From SAR86 cluster bacterium (GTDB lineage Bacteria; Pseudomonadota; Gammaproteobacteria; Magnimaribacterales; D2472): 46,309 bases of DNA. Each line of letters starts with the position of its first letter. Positions within the stretch are counted from its first letter, which is position 1. Of this stretch, positions 19,494-31,276 are shown piece by piece. Location of the stretch: NCBI GenBank assembly GCA_029254395.1, contig JAQWXQ010000056.1:1-46309 (forward strand), given 5' to 3'. Under the pieces are notes generated by a model that was not told the origin of the DNA, searched no databases, and saw nothing but the letters and a program-made list of their open reading frames with translations. The translations under genes and the position numbers were made by a program.

Positions 19494-20768
19494 TTATCTA
19501 TTTCTTGAAGATGGTATGTGTAGTTTTTTTCTATATTTTGTAATAGTTCTTCTCGCTAAGCTAAAGCCTCTCATATTAAGTTTTTGAACAATTTTTTGAT
19601 CACTAAGCGCTTGCTTTTCTTCACTAATAATTTTTTTAATTTGATCCATTAATTGAAGAGGGGTTACCATCCTGGTTCTTGAGACAGACGATATCAAAAA
19701 TGCCTTAAGAGGCATTATCCCTTTTGGTGTATCTATGTATTTAGACTTGATTATTCTAGATACAGTTGATGGGTGAACTCCAAGCTCATCAGAAATATCT
19801 TTATTTGAAAGCGGAGAAACCTTTAATGGGTTGTCTCCCAGGAAATCAATTTGCTTGTTACATATTAATTCACCAACTTTTAAAACAGTATCATTTCTTC
19901 TTTTAACTGATGACAAAAGCCACTTAGCATCTTCTATGCTTTTTGAAAGTTCTTTGTTTGGAGTTTTTTTTAAAAGATTCTGTGTTTTATCTATAAAGCC
20001 TTCATCAAGTCTTATTGATGGAAAATTATCATTCACAAACTTTGCTTCAAGCTTTTGGTCTGTTAAAAAAGATATTTTTAAATCTGGATAGATATAGTTT
20101 ATGGAGTTATATGATAGGCCAGGACTTAGATCGCAAGCCCTTATAGATAAAATAGCTTTTTTAATATCGCTATCTTTATAGCCTTGATAAGAAAGCTTAT
20201 TGAAGCATTCATCTAAATCATCAGAGGTAATTTCAAATAAAATTTTCTTTGAAATTTTAAATACTTCAATAGCTAAGCTGGCCTCTTTGAGCTGAAGAAA
20301 AATACATTCTTTGTAATCTCTATAGCCAACACCATGAGGTTCTAAGCGATGAATAATATTAAGTAGATTATTCTCAATTTCTTCATATTTATATTTATAG
20401 GACAGCAACTCTTCTACCTCATCAATACTATCTGCAAGCTTTCCAGTTTCATCTATGCATCCAATAAGAGTAAACGCAATTTCTTTATCCATGTCCGAAA
20501 GGTTCAAGTCTTCAATTTGCTCATGTAAGCTGTCTTGCAGACTTTGAGATGCTGATATATCAAAGTCAAACTCATTTAAAGATTGAGAGCTTGCCACATC
20601 AAAATCATCATCATTTTTTTCAAGAAATGGATTCAACTGTATTTCTTTTTCTATTTTTTGAATTAGCTCATATCTTGAAAGATGTAACAGCTCAATTGAT
20701 TTTCTTAGCTGAGGAGTTATTGATATTTTTTGAGTTTGTTTTTGTTCTTTTGATAGAGAAATAGCCAT
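19494..20768 (-). CDS. rpoN: RNA polymerase sigma-54 factor
   Basis: 424 aa. It has a Gln/Leu-rich region I (ITPQLRKSIELLHLSRYEL), an HTH (ISDELGVHPSTVSRII) and the RpoN box ARRTITKYRKKL. It lies downstream of lptB, as in other Gammaproteobacteria. Confidence 0.9.
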   Translation of the reverse strand: MAISLSKEQKQTQKISITPQLRKSIELLHLSRYELIQKIEKEIQLNPFLEKNDDDFDVASSQSLNEFDFDISASQSLQDSLHEQIEDLNLSDMDKEIAFTLIGCIDETGKLADSIDEVEELLSYKYKYEEIENNLLNIIHRLEPHGVGYRDYKECIFLQLKEASLAIEVFKISKKILFEITSDDLDECFNKLSYQGYKDSDIKKAILSIRACDLSPGLSYNSINYIYPDLKISFLTDQKLEAKFVNDNFPSIRLDEGFIDKTQNLLKKTPNKELSKSIEDAKWLLSSVKRRNDTVLKVGELICNKQIDFLGDNPLKVSPLSNKDISDELGVHPSTVSRIIKSKYIDTPKGIMPLKAFLISSVSRTRMVTPLQLMDQIKKIISEEKQALSDQKIVQKLNMRGFSLARRTITKYRKKLHIPSSRNR

Positions 20769-20777
20769 TGTGATTAG

Positions 20778-21491
20778 TTAACTATACATTTTCCCAATAT
20801 AAACCTTTTTAACTAGCTCATTGGATATTAAGTCATCTTTAGAACCAGTTGCTATTACTTTTCCCTGGCTTATAACAATAGACTTGTAGCAAATATCAAG
20901 AGCTTCCCTTACATTATGGTCAGTAATCAAAATGCCAATATTATTATTTGCCACAATTCTTAGTATTTCTTGAATTTCTTCTATTGCTATAGGATCAATT
21001 CCTGCGAAGGGTTCGTCTAATAAAATAATCTTTGGATCAGCGGCTAAGGTTCGAGCAATTTCAACTTTCCTTCTTTGACCTCCTGAAAGTTCTCTTCCTT
21101 TTGAGTTAAGAATTTTTGAGAGCTTAAAGTCCTCAATTGATTTTTCAACAAATTGATCAATATCTTTCTTACTTGCATAAGAAAGTTCTGCTAAACCCAT
21201 TAGATTTTCCATTACAGTTAAATTTTGAAAAATAGATGGTTCTTGAGGTAAGTACTTTATCCCAAGTTTCGATCTTTTATGCATCGGAAGTTTTGTTATA
21301 TTAGAATCACCTAAATAAATCTCTCCCTCATCACATTTAATTAGTCCCGCAATTGAATAAAAGGTAGTTGTTTTGCCAGCACCATTAGGACCAAGTAGTC
21401 CGTAGATATTTCCTAAGTTTATGTTGAAACTAATATCATCAATAATGGTTTTGCCATTTATTATTTTTCTAATATTAGATACTTTTAACAT
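20778..21491 (-). CDS. lptB: LPS export ABC transporter ATP-binding protein LptB
   Basis: 237 aa with Walker A GPNGAGKTT, signature LSGGQRRKVEIAR and Walker B ILLDEPFAGIDP. It sits in the lptA-lptB-rpoN context. Confidence 0.9.
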   Translation of the reverse strand: MLKVSNIRKIINGKTIIDDISFNINLGNIYGLLGPNGAGKTTTFYSIAGLIKCDEGEIYLGDSNITKLPMHKRSKLGIKYLPQEPSIFQNLTVMENLMGLAELSYASKKDIDQFVEKSIEDFKLSKILNSKGRELSGGQRRKVEIARTLAADPKIILLDEPFAGIDPIAIEEIQEILRIVANNNIGILITDHNVREALDICYKSIVISQGKVIATGSKDDLISNELVKKVYIGKMYS

Positions 21492-21892
21492 TATTTATTG
21501 GAATTAATAAATCCAGATCTCGGGCTAAAAACAATCTTATTGGATGTGATTGACATATTTTCATATCTCATTTTGGCAGCCCCTAAAAGGTGAACATTAT
21601 CATTATCATAAAAAATAATTTTAGTTGCACTTCCTTCAAATTCGCTAGTTTCACCAATAGATTTTAACAAAGAGGGCTCCCCGCTTATTTCTATGATTTT
21701 TGAAAAATTATCGTATATTGCCTCATCTGCAGAGATCAACATCAGACCAGAATCAATTATTAAGTTTTTTGAAAAAATAACCTTGTTCGTTGCTTCCTGA
21801 ACATTGACATTATCAGAGCTAATTTTAATTTCATTATCCACATCAGCCCACAAAGGCATGGCTAAAAGTGCCATTAAAATTATTTTATTCAT
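21491..21892 (-). CDS. lptA: LPS transport periplasmic protein LptA (short, OstA-N fold)
   Basis: 133 aa with a cleavable signal peptide MNKIILMALLAMPLWA. It shows the OstA-like pattern (IKISSDN...VIFSKNLIIDSGLMLISADEAIY). It lies immediately upstream of lptB with a 1-nt overlap. A signal peptide rather than a membrane anchor argues for LptA over LptC. Confidence 0.6.
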   Translation of the reverse strand: MNKIILMALLAMPLWADVDNEIKISSDNVNVQEATNKVIFSKNLIIDSGLMLISADEAIYDNFSKIIEISGEPSLLKSIGETSEFEGSATKIIFYDNDNVHLLGAAKMRYENMSITSNKIVFSPRSGFINSNK

Positions 21893-22854
21893 ATGATCCT
21901 GGCTTGAATTAGATCATGCATGGATAATATTCCTATTACATCATTTTTCGAATCAGTAACTGCAAGAATAAAAATCTTATTATTCTCCATAATTTGAGCA
22001 GCATCTATAGCCAACATATCTTCAGATATAGTTATATATTCTTTGGTCATAACCTCTTCGATTCTTGTTTGATTAACATCAATATTTCCATTAATACATC
22101 TTCTTAAATCCCCATCTGAAAATAAACCAATGGTTTTAGAATTATCTTTTATCAATGTAACGCCAAGCTTTTTTTCAGACATTTCTAGCAGGGCAATTGT
22201 CAGAAGAGTTCCCTTATCAACCTTTGGAAGCGATTTATCTTTATGCATAAGGTTATGGACTTTTGTAATTAATTTTTTTCCTAATTTTCCAGCTGGGTGA
22301 GAGCTCGCAAAATCATTTTTTGTAAACCCTTTAGCCTCAAGCAAAGCTATTGCAAATGCATCTCCAAGAGCCAATGCTGCGGTTGTTGATGAGGTTGGTG
22401 CCAAATCAAGAGGACAAGCCTCATTAGAGGTTATAACTATCGAGATGTCAGATGCCACAGCCATAGATGACTTATTATTACTTGTAATGGAAGCAATGCT
22501 ATTTGAAAGTCTCTTAATTGACGGAAGAATGTTTATAATTTCATCTGTCTCACCAGAATTAGAGATTAAAATTATTAAATCATTTTTGCTAATGAGTCCC
22601 ATATCTCCATGAGCCGCTTCTGTTGGGTGTATAAAAATTGATTTAGTGCCTGTACTTGATAGCGTTGCAGCAATCTTTTGACCTATATGCCCTGATTTGC
22701 CAACACCCATAATTACTATCTTGCCATCAAGGTTAATGGCAGCCTCACATAGCTCCTCAAAGGATGCATTAATTTGATTTGAAAGATCTGAAACAGCACC
22801 TGCCTCTATTTCAAATGTTTTCTTAGCTGATTCCAAAAAATTAAATCTTTTCAT
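21889..22854 (-). CDS. kdsD: Arabinose-5-phosphate isomerase KdsD (SIS + tandem CBS)
   Basis: 321 aa with the SIS motif GVGKSGHIGQKIAATLSSTGT, ISNSGET and C-terminal CBS domains. Confidence 0.9.
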   Translation of the reverse strand: MKRFNFLESAKKTFEIEAGAVSDLSNQINASFEELCEAAINLDGKIVIMGVGKSGHIGQKIAATLSSTGTKSIFIHPTEAAHGDMGLISKNDLIILISNSGETDEIINILPSIKRLSNSIASITSNNKSSMAVASDISIVITSNEACPLDLAPTSSTTAALALGDAFAIALLEAKGFTKNDFASSHPAGKLGKKLITKVHNLMHKDKSLPKVDKGTLLTIALLEMSEKKLGVTLIKDNSKTIGLFSDGDLRRCINGNIDVNQTRIEEVMTKEYITISEDMLAIDAAQIMENNKIFILAVTDSKNDVIGILSMHDLIQARII

Positions 22855-22883
22855 TGGTTTGTGAATTTTTATTTATTACCAAC

Positions 22884-22892
22884 TGTTATAAT
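22884..22892 (+). promoter_or_regulatory. Candidate extended -10 promoter element TGTTATAAT upstream of mlaC
   Basis: TG-N-TATAAT lies in the 44-bp kdsD/mlaC divergent spacer. The -10 ends 6 nt before the mlaC ATG (22899), implying a leaderless or near-leaderless transcript. This is a motif match only. Confidence 0.3.
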
Positions 22893-22898
22893 AAATCA

Positions 22899-23520
22899 AT
22901 GTTGACCAATCATAAAAATTATTTTCTTTTAATCATATTTGTTTTTTTTAGCAGCATGGTGCCTGCAGAAGAAAACCCATATGTATTTATAGATGATAAT
23001 GCCCAATTAATGGTCGAAACATTAAAAAATAATAAGCAGCTCTTTTCAGATGATAGGGACCTTTTTGAAGATAAAATCAAAGAAATTTTTGAACCAATGA
23101 TTGATTTTAGAAGAATATCTGCTTCTGTAATGGGTAAAAAATACTACACACAGGCGAGTAAAGCACAGAGAGTTGAATTTGTTAATATTTTTAAAGACTC
23201 ATTGTTGGATACTTATGCCGAAACTTTAGCCCAATGGGATAATCAGACTATTAACACTATCTTTTTAGATTACAGTGATTCACCTGAATTAAAGAAAATC
23301 GAAATCAGGCAAGAGCTCAATACCGGAGATAGCATTTATCCCATCATTTATAAACTAAGAAAAACTAATGAAAGTTGGGCAATTACCAATATAATAATTA
23401 ACGGTGTAAATCTTGGCCTCACATTTAGAAATCAATTTAGAGCTTTAGCAGATGAACACAAGGGTGACGTCACCCTAACTATTGATAATTGGGTTTCAGA
23501 TGCTGGAAATGCAGGCATAG

Positions 23521-23528
<8 letters not shown>
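22899..23528 (+). CDS. mlaC: Phospholipid-binding periplasmic protein MlaC (Ttg2D family)
   Basis: It has a signal peptide (MLTNHKNYFLLIIFVFFSSMVPA). The mature N-terminus ENPY, and GKKYYTQASKAQRVEFVNIFKDSLLDTYA, parallel E. coli MlaC (NPY..., [28 protein letters not shown]). I prefer the start at 22899 to the ORF-track start at 22854, which abuts the kdsD start. Confidence 0.8.
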
Positions 23529-25965
<2,437 letters not shown>

Positions 25966-25973
25966 AATCCTTA

Positions 25974-27035
25974 ATGTTAAGTAACAAAAATATCATCGAT
26001 GCGCTAAAAATCCAAGGCATAGATCCCGATATTGCTCAGAAAGAGTTTATAGATATTGCAATAAGGTACCAACCTAAGAAAAAACCATTTCTATCCAGAA
26101 CTTTTTGGTTAACAAATAATAAAAATACAAATAATGGAATTTATCTATGGGGCGAGGTTGGAAGGGGAAAAACTCTAATCTTGAAGACATTTTTTGAAAA
26201 TCTACAAATGAAAAAAAAAGAATTTCATTATATTGATTTTATGAACCTAATACACAGCAAGTTGGATGATCTTCAAGGAAGAAAAAATCCCCTTGAAAGC
26301 GTAGTAAATTATTTAGACCGTAATTATGAAGTTATTTTTATTGATGAGTTTCAAGTTGAGGATGTTGCAGATGCAATGATTTTAGCAAATATAATTAAAA
26401 TACTTATTAAAAAAAATATCTATCTATACTTATCGTCGAATGCTCATCCTGATGATTTATATAAAAATGGTTTACAAAGAAAGAAATTTATCGAAGCGAT
26501 GAAGTTTATGCAAACTAAACTTCTGATACATAAGCTTATTGGTCAAAATGACTATAGGCTTTTAAATATTTTTAAAAAAACTTCAGTTAGTTCAACCGCT
26601 GAATCAAACAAAGCAATTTCTCACCTAATCAGTAAGAATTTTAGTCACAGCGCAAAGCCAAGAAAAGATCTTCACATAAATAGTAGAAGTTTTACTTGCT
26701 CAGATCATGGTAATGAATTTGTTTGGCTATCTTTTAATGAATTTTTTTCTCAACCAACTGCAGCAAATGACTTTAAAGAAATATGCTCTAGGTTTGAATG
26801 GGTCTTTATAAACGACTTCAATCTAGTTGATGATTCAAGATTAGATATTGTAAGAAGATTTATTTCTTTTATAGATATTGCTTATGCAAAAAAGCTAAAG
26901 ATCAAGTTTTTCTTCGAAAAAATAACACCAGAAAACATATATAGTGGCGTCAAACTAGATTTACTTTGGGGTAGATGTTCAAGCAGACTTCAAGAGATGC
27001 AGACAAGTGAATATTTAAATAGTAAAAAAAATTAA
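25974..27035 (+). CDS. zapE: AFG1-family ATPase ZapE
   Basis: 353 aa with Walker A GEVGRGKTLI and Walker B VIFIDEFQVEDVADAMIL. It occupies the conserved position upstream of rplM-rpsI. Confidence 0.8.
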   Translation: MLSNKNIIDALKIQGIDPDIAQKEFIDIAIRYQPKKKPFLSRTFWLTNNKNTNNGIYLWGEVGRGKTLILKTFFENLQMKKKEFHYIDFMNLIHSKLDDLQGRKNPLESVVNYLDRNYEVIFIDEFQVEDVADAMILANIIKILIKKNIYLYLSSNAHPDDLYKNGLQRKKFIEAMKFMQTKLLIHKLIGQNDYRLLNIFKKTSVSSTAESNKAISHLISKNFSHSAKPRKDLHINSRSFTCSDHGNEFVWLSFNEFFSQPTAANDFKEICSRFEWVFINDFNLVDDSRLDIVRRFISFIDIAYAKKLKIKFFFEKITPENIYSGVKLDLLWGRCSSRLQEMQTSEYLNSKKN

Positions 27036-27053
27036 TTTAAATGCATTAAATTA

Positions 27054-27082
27054 TTGCTAATTTTCCCTCTAAACATTAATAT
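27054..27082 (+). promoter_or_regulatory. Candidate sigma70 promoter of rplM-rpsI (TTGCTA-N17-TAATAT)
   Basis: The -35 TTGCTA is at 27054-27059, followed by an exact 17-nt spacer and the -10 TAATAT at 27077-27082. It lies about 24 nt upstream of the rplM ATG. Motif match by eye. Confidence 0.35.
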
Positions 27083-27105
27083 TCGCATCTTATTATTATT
27101 TGTAT

Positions 27106-27540
27106 ATGAAAACATTCGCATTAAAAAAAGAAGAAGTTCAAAGACAGTGGTTCATCATAGATGCATCAGACAAAGTTTTGGGCAGACTAGCAACCAAAGT
27201 AGCTGATAGAATCAGAGGCAAAGATAAGCCAACATTTACACCTCATACCGATGGTGGAGATTATGTTGTAGTTATAAATGCAGAAAAAATTAAAGTTACT
27301 GGAAATAAATTCAACGATAAAAAATACTATAAACACTCTTTATATCCTGGTGGTTTAAAGACCAAAACTTTTAGAGAAGTTATTGAAAAAAATCCAGAGA
27401 GAGTTATTGAAGATGCTGTTAAAGGCATGCTTCCTAAAAATAAACTTGGAAAATCAATGGTTAAAAAGCTTAAAGTATTTCCAGGGTCAGAACATGATCA
27501 CGAATCACAACAACCTATAGAATGGAATCCCGAATTATGA
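27106..27540 (+). CDS. rplM: 50S ribosomal protein L13
   Basis: The N-terminus [30 protein letters not shown] is the canonical L13 N-terminus. I prefer the ATG at 27106 to the upstream TTG at 27100. Confidence 0.95.
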   Translation: MKTFALKKEEVQRQWFIIDASDKVLGRLATKVADRIRGKDKPTFTPHTDGGDYVVVINAEKIKVTGNKFNDKKYYKHSLYPGGLKTKTFREVIEKNPERVIEDAVKGMLPKNKLGKSMVKKLKVFPGSEHDHESQQPIEWNPEL

Positions 27541-27929
27541 CATCAGAAGTGCACTACGCAACAGGCAGAAGAAAAACCTCATCTGCTAGAGTTTACCTTA
27601 CCAAAGGAGATGGAGCTATAAGCGTAAATGACAAAGCCCTAGATGTATATTTTGGTAGGAAAGTTGCTCAAATGCTTGTCTTACAACCTCTTGAACTCAC
27701 AAACTTATCTGGCAAAGTTAACCTAAACATTAAGGTTGCTGGCGGTGGTAATTTTGGTCAGGCTGGAGCAATCAGACATGGCATCTCCAGGGCATTACTT
27801 TCATTCGACGAAGAGCTTAGAGCTCAACTTAAAAAAGCTGGATTACTTACTAGAGACTCAAGAAGAGTTGAAAGGAAGAAGCCAGGTTTAGCTAAGGCTA
27901 GAAAGAGTAAACAGTTCTCTAAACGTTAA
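27537..27929 (+). CDS. rpsI: 30S ribosomal protein S9
   Basis: It begins [19 protein letters not shown] and ends ...KQFSKR, as S9 does. The ATG overlaps the rplM TGA (ATGA). The ORF-track start at 27522 is an in-frame extension. Confidence 0.95.
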   Translation: MTSEVHYATGRRKTSSARVYLTKGDGAISVNDKALDVYFGRKVAQMLVLQPLELTNLSGKVNLNIKVAGGGNFGQAGAIRHGISRALLSFDEELRAQLKKAGLLTRDSRRVERKKPGLAKARKSKQFSKR

Positions 27930-27959
27930 TATTTTTATTAAGTTTACCGAGATTATTAA

Positions 27960-27968
27960 TGTTATAAT
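27960..27968 (+). promoter_or_regulatory. Candidate extended -10 promoter element TGTTATAAT upstream of petABC
   Basis: TG-N-TATAAT lies in the 83-bp rpsI/petA spacer, 44 nt upstream of the petA ATG. It is the same 9-mer as upstream of mlaC. Motif match only. Confidence 0.3.
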
Positions 27969-28012
27969 CTTGGCGATTTTTAAATTAAATTCACAAAGCT
28001 ACCCACAAGCTT

Positions 28013-28597
28013 ATGCAAGAAAAAGATAAGACAAGAAGAAAAGTTTTAATTGGTCTAACAAGTGCTGTTGGACTTTCCGGCATACCTTTTGCCGCAACCC
28101 CTTTTATTGCCGCATGGAACCCAAGCGCAAAAGCAAAAGCATCTGGAGCATCTGTCAAAGTAGACGTTTCCAAGATAAGATATGGTCAACAAATACAAGT
28201 TGCTTGGAGAAAACAACCAGTCTTTATAGTAAGGCATACAGAGGAGAGCTTAAGTGGACTAGCAGAGTCTTTGCCAAAGCTGGCTGATCCTAATTCAGAT
28301 TCAATTGATGAGCCTTATAAAAATTTATCACCAACTAGAAGCCAGAGTAATGAGTATTCAGTTTTAACAGGCGTTTGCACCCATCTAGGATGTTCGCCAA
28401 AATATTATCCTGAAGTAGAGCCAAAGGCTTGGGATGCTTCATGGTCTGGAGGCTTTTTCTGCCCTTGTCATGGTTCAATGTTTGATTTGGTTGGCAGAGT
28501 TTATAAAGGTGTTCCAGCACCCACAAATTTAATAGTACCACCACACTTTTTTGATGGTGATATTTTAACCATTGGCGAAGATAACGGAGTTGCTTAA
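28013..28597 (+). CDS. petA: Ubiquinol-cytochrome c reductase Rieske iron-sulfur subunit
   Basis: 194 aa with a twin-arginine signal (TRRKVLIG) and Rieske boxes CTHLGCSP and CPCHGS. Confidence 0.9.
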   Translation: MQEKDKTRRKVLIGLTSAVGLSGIPFAATPFIAAWNPSAKAKASGASVKVDVSKIRYGQQIQVAWRKQPVFIVRHTEESLSGLAESLPKLADPNSDSIDEPYKNLSPTRSQSNEYSVLTGVCTHLGCSPKYYPEVEPKAWDASWSGGFFCPCHGSMFDLVGRVYKGVPAPTNLIVPPHFFDGDILTIGEDNGVA

Positions 28598-28599
28598 TA

Positions 28600-29817
28600 A
28601 TGAATCAAATGTTTTCTAATATATTTAATTGGGTTAATCACAGACTGCCAATTGTTAATACATTTGAAAGGCATTTATCTAAACATCCTGTTCCAAAAAA
28701 AGTTAACTTTTGGTATCTTTTTGGCGCACTAGCGTCTGTTGTATTAATTATTCAAATCGTCTCTGGTATTTGGTTGATTATGCCTTATGAGAACACTGAG
28801 GAGGGCGCCTTTGCATCTGTTGAATACATAATGAGAGATGTCGATTATGGTTGGGTAATAAGGTACATGCACACCACTGGTGCTTCTTTATTTTTTGCAG
28901 TTGTTTATTTGCATATGTTTAGAGGCCTGCTTTATGGGTCATATCAGAAACCAAGAGAGCTGGTTTGGATATTTGGCTGTACTATATATTTAGCAATGAT
29001 GGCCGAAGGTTTTCTTGGGTATGTTTTACCTTATGGTCAAATGTCTTATTGGGGCGCCCAAGTAATAATTTCATTATTTGGTGCTATTCCTTATGTAGGT
29101 GAATCTCTTGAACTATGGGTTAGAGGCGATTACTACATCTCTGGTATTACAGTGTCTAGATTCTTTGCACTTCATGTTGTTGCACTTCCATTAGTTTTGA
29201 TTGCACTAGTGTTTCTTCATCTTGTTGCTCTGCATGAAGTTGGTGCTGGAAACCCAGAAGGAGTTGATATAGAAGCTCATTTAGATGACGATGGCATACC
29301 ACTTGATAGCGTACCTTTTTTCCCTTACAAAGTATTAAATGCCTTGGTCGGAATAGGTGTTTTTATGACTGTTTTTGCAATAATAATGTTTTTCTTTCCT
29401 GAGGGCGGCGGTTACTTTATTGAAATGGCTAATTTTGAGGAAGCTAACCCATTAGTTACGCCTGAACATATAGCACCAGTTTGGTATTATGCGCCATATT
29501 ACACCATGTTAAGAGCTATCCCAGATCCATTAGGAGGGCTTATAGTCATGGGTTCAGCAGTAGCTATATTTTTCGTTGTACCATGGCTTGATAGAAGTAA
29601 TGTTGCATCAATTAGATATAAAGGAATTTATAGTAAAATCGCGCTAGCTTTATTCGCAATAAGCTTTATAACACTTGGCTACTTAGGAACTGTTGGAGTT
29701 ACCGAGGTAAGAAAAACAATGAGCTTGATATGCACCATATTGTATTTCGCTTTCTTCCTATTAATGCCTTTTTATACAAAATTTGAGACTACCAAAACAG
29801 TACCTGATCGTTTATGA
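28600..29817 (+). CDS. petB: Cytochrome b of the bc1 complex
   Basis: 405 aa, polytopic. It has the heme-ligand contexts RYMHTTGASLFF and FALHVVALPL, and a PEWY-like motif (PVWYYAPYY). Confidence 0.95.
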   Translation: MNQMFSNIFNWVNHRLPIVNTFERHLSKHPVPKKVNFWYLFGALASVVLIIQIVSGIWLIMPYENTEEGAFASVEYIMRDVDYGWVIRYMHTTGASLFFAVVYLHMFRGLLYGSYQKPRELVWIFGCTIYLAMMAEGFLGYVLPYGQMSYWGAQVIISLFGAIPYVGESLELWVRGDYYISGITVSRFFALHVVALPLVLIALVFLHLVALHEVGAGNPEGVDIEAHLDDDGIPLDSVPFFPYKVLNALVGIGVFMTVFAIIMFFFPEGGGYFIEMANFEEANPLVTPEHIAPVWYYAPYYTMLRAIPDPLGGLIVMGSAVAIFFVVPWLDRSNVASIRYKGIYSKIALALFAISFITLGYLGTVGVTEVRKTMSLICTILYFAFFLLMPFYTKFETTKTVPDRL

Positions 29818-30641
29818 ATACACCCAACTTATTAAGTTTAAATTTATTAAAGATTCTTTCACTTTTCGTGCTGGTTCTTTTTACAGGAAGTATTTCAGCT
29901 GCTGAAGGTGGTCCTTGTAAGGACTATGGTGACTGTGATGATTTTAACTACTCTTTAAATGATACAGAGTCTTTGCAAAGAGGCGCAGCAGTTTTTCTTA
30001 ACTATTGTTATGGATGTCACTCATTGCAATACTCTAGATGGAATAGAGTTGCAAAAGATTTAAATATTCCTGAGGAATTATTTGCAGAAAATCTAATTTT
30101 TGATTCATCAGTAAGGCCTGGTGATTTGATGAAAGGCTCTATGGATAAAAAAGCTTCTTCTGAATGGTTTGGTGTAGCACCACCTGATTTGACATTAGTG
30201 ACACGTTCTAAAGGAGATGACTGGGTTTATACATACTTAAGAGCTTATTATGAAGATTCATCTAAGCAATATGGAGTAAATAACCTTGTATATCCAGGAA
30301 CTGCAATGCCTAATGTTTTAGCAGGCCTGCAAGGAAATCAAAAACTTGTTTGTAAAAATACACCAGTTTTAGGTAAAAATGGTGGTGAGAAAAGAAACGA
30401 AAATGGGGATACTATAACTAAAGAAAAATGTGGGTATTTGAAAGTCGCTGATGGTGAGGGGAGTCTGTCTCAAACGGAGTTCGATAGCCTAATTTATGAT
30501 ATTACTAATTTCCTTGTTTATGTTGGAGAGCCGGCAAAAGCAGAAAGGGAGAGGATAGGTTGGTATGTTATATTCTTCTTTGTGATTTTTACAACCTTGG
30601 CTTCTCTTCTTTATAGAGAGTATCAAAAAGATTATCACTAG
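29814..30641 (+). CDS. petC: Cytochrome c1
   Basis: 275 aa with a signal peptide, the heme-binding CYGCHS and a C-terminal TM anchor (WYVIFFFVIFTTLASLLY). It overlaps petB by 4 nt. Confidence 0.85.
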   Translation: MNTPNLLSLNLLKILSLFVLVLFTGSISAAEGGPCKDYGDCDDFNYSLNDTESLQRGAAVFLNYCYGCHSLQYSRWNRVAKDLNIPEELFAENLIFDSSVRPGDLMKGSMDKKASSEWFGVAPPDLTLVTRSKGDDWVYTYLRAYYEDSSKQYGVNNLVYPGTAMPNVLAGLQGNQKLVCKNTPVLGKNGGEKRNENGDTITKEKCGYLKVADGEGSLSQTEFDSLIYDITNFLVYVGEPAKAERERIGWYVIFFFVIFTTLASLLYREYQKDYH

Positions 30642-30661
30642 GCATTAGATAGGAAAAAATT

Positions 30662-31273
30662 ATGATTTTATATTCAGATAGAGACGACCATTACAGCCAG
30701 AGAGTTAGAATTGTTCTGGCTGAAAAAGATATTACAGCTGAAATTCGAGAGTCCACTCTAGAAGATACACCTGAAGAAATATTGTCCATTAACCCTTATC
30801 ATAAGCTACCAATTTTAGTTGATAGAGATCTTGCTCTTCATGATCCTTCAGTAATGATGGAGTACCTTGATGAAAGGTTTCCTCATCCTCCACTTTTGCC
30901 TGTCTACCCAGTTGCAAGAGCTAATAGCAGAACTTTAATGTTACGTATTGATAAAGAATGGTGCCCAATGGTTGATACGTTGATAGAAGGAAAGCTTTCT
31001 GATAAAGAAATGATGAAGCTTCGAGAGGAGCTGCTTCATGAAATTTCGTCAATTGCTCCTACTTTTAAGGAGTTTAAATTCTTTATGAGTGATGAATTCA
31101 CTCTAGTAGATTGCTGTTTTGCTCCTATATTATGGAGGCTACCATCTGTTGGTATAAAGCTTCCAGTGAATAGACATTTAAAACCGCTTCTTGATTATCA
31201 GAAAAAAGTATTTGAGCGCCCTGGTTTTCTCGATAGCTTATCCTCACTAGAAAGAGACTTAAAAGAAGAGTAA
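30662..31273 (+). CDS. sspA: Stringent starvation protein A (GST-like)
   Basis: 203 aa with a GST fold. The N-terminus LYSDRDDHYSQRVRIVLAEKDI and the motif PYHKLPILVDRDL are typical of SspA. It lies downstream of petABC, as in Pseudomonas-type genomes. Confidence 0.85.
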   Translation: MILYSDRDDHYSQRVRIVLAEKDITAEIRESTLEDTPEEILSINPYHKLPILVDRDLALHDPSVMMEYLDERFPHPPLLPVYPVARANSRTLMLRIDKEWCPMVDTLIEGKLSDKEMMKLREELLHEISSIAPTFKEFKFFMSDEFTLVDCCFAPILWRLPSVGIKLPVNRHLKPLLDYQKKVFERPGFLDSLSSLERDLKEE

Positions 31274-31276
31274 ATC

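Noticed and set aside
28055-28544. Small minus-strand ORFs (28055-28237, 28335-28544) and 27991-28173 overlapping petA.
   Set aside because: They are antisense to the Rieske protein gene, whose Tat signal and both [2Fe-2S] boxes fix the true frame.
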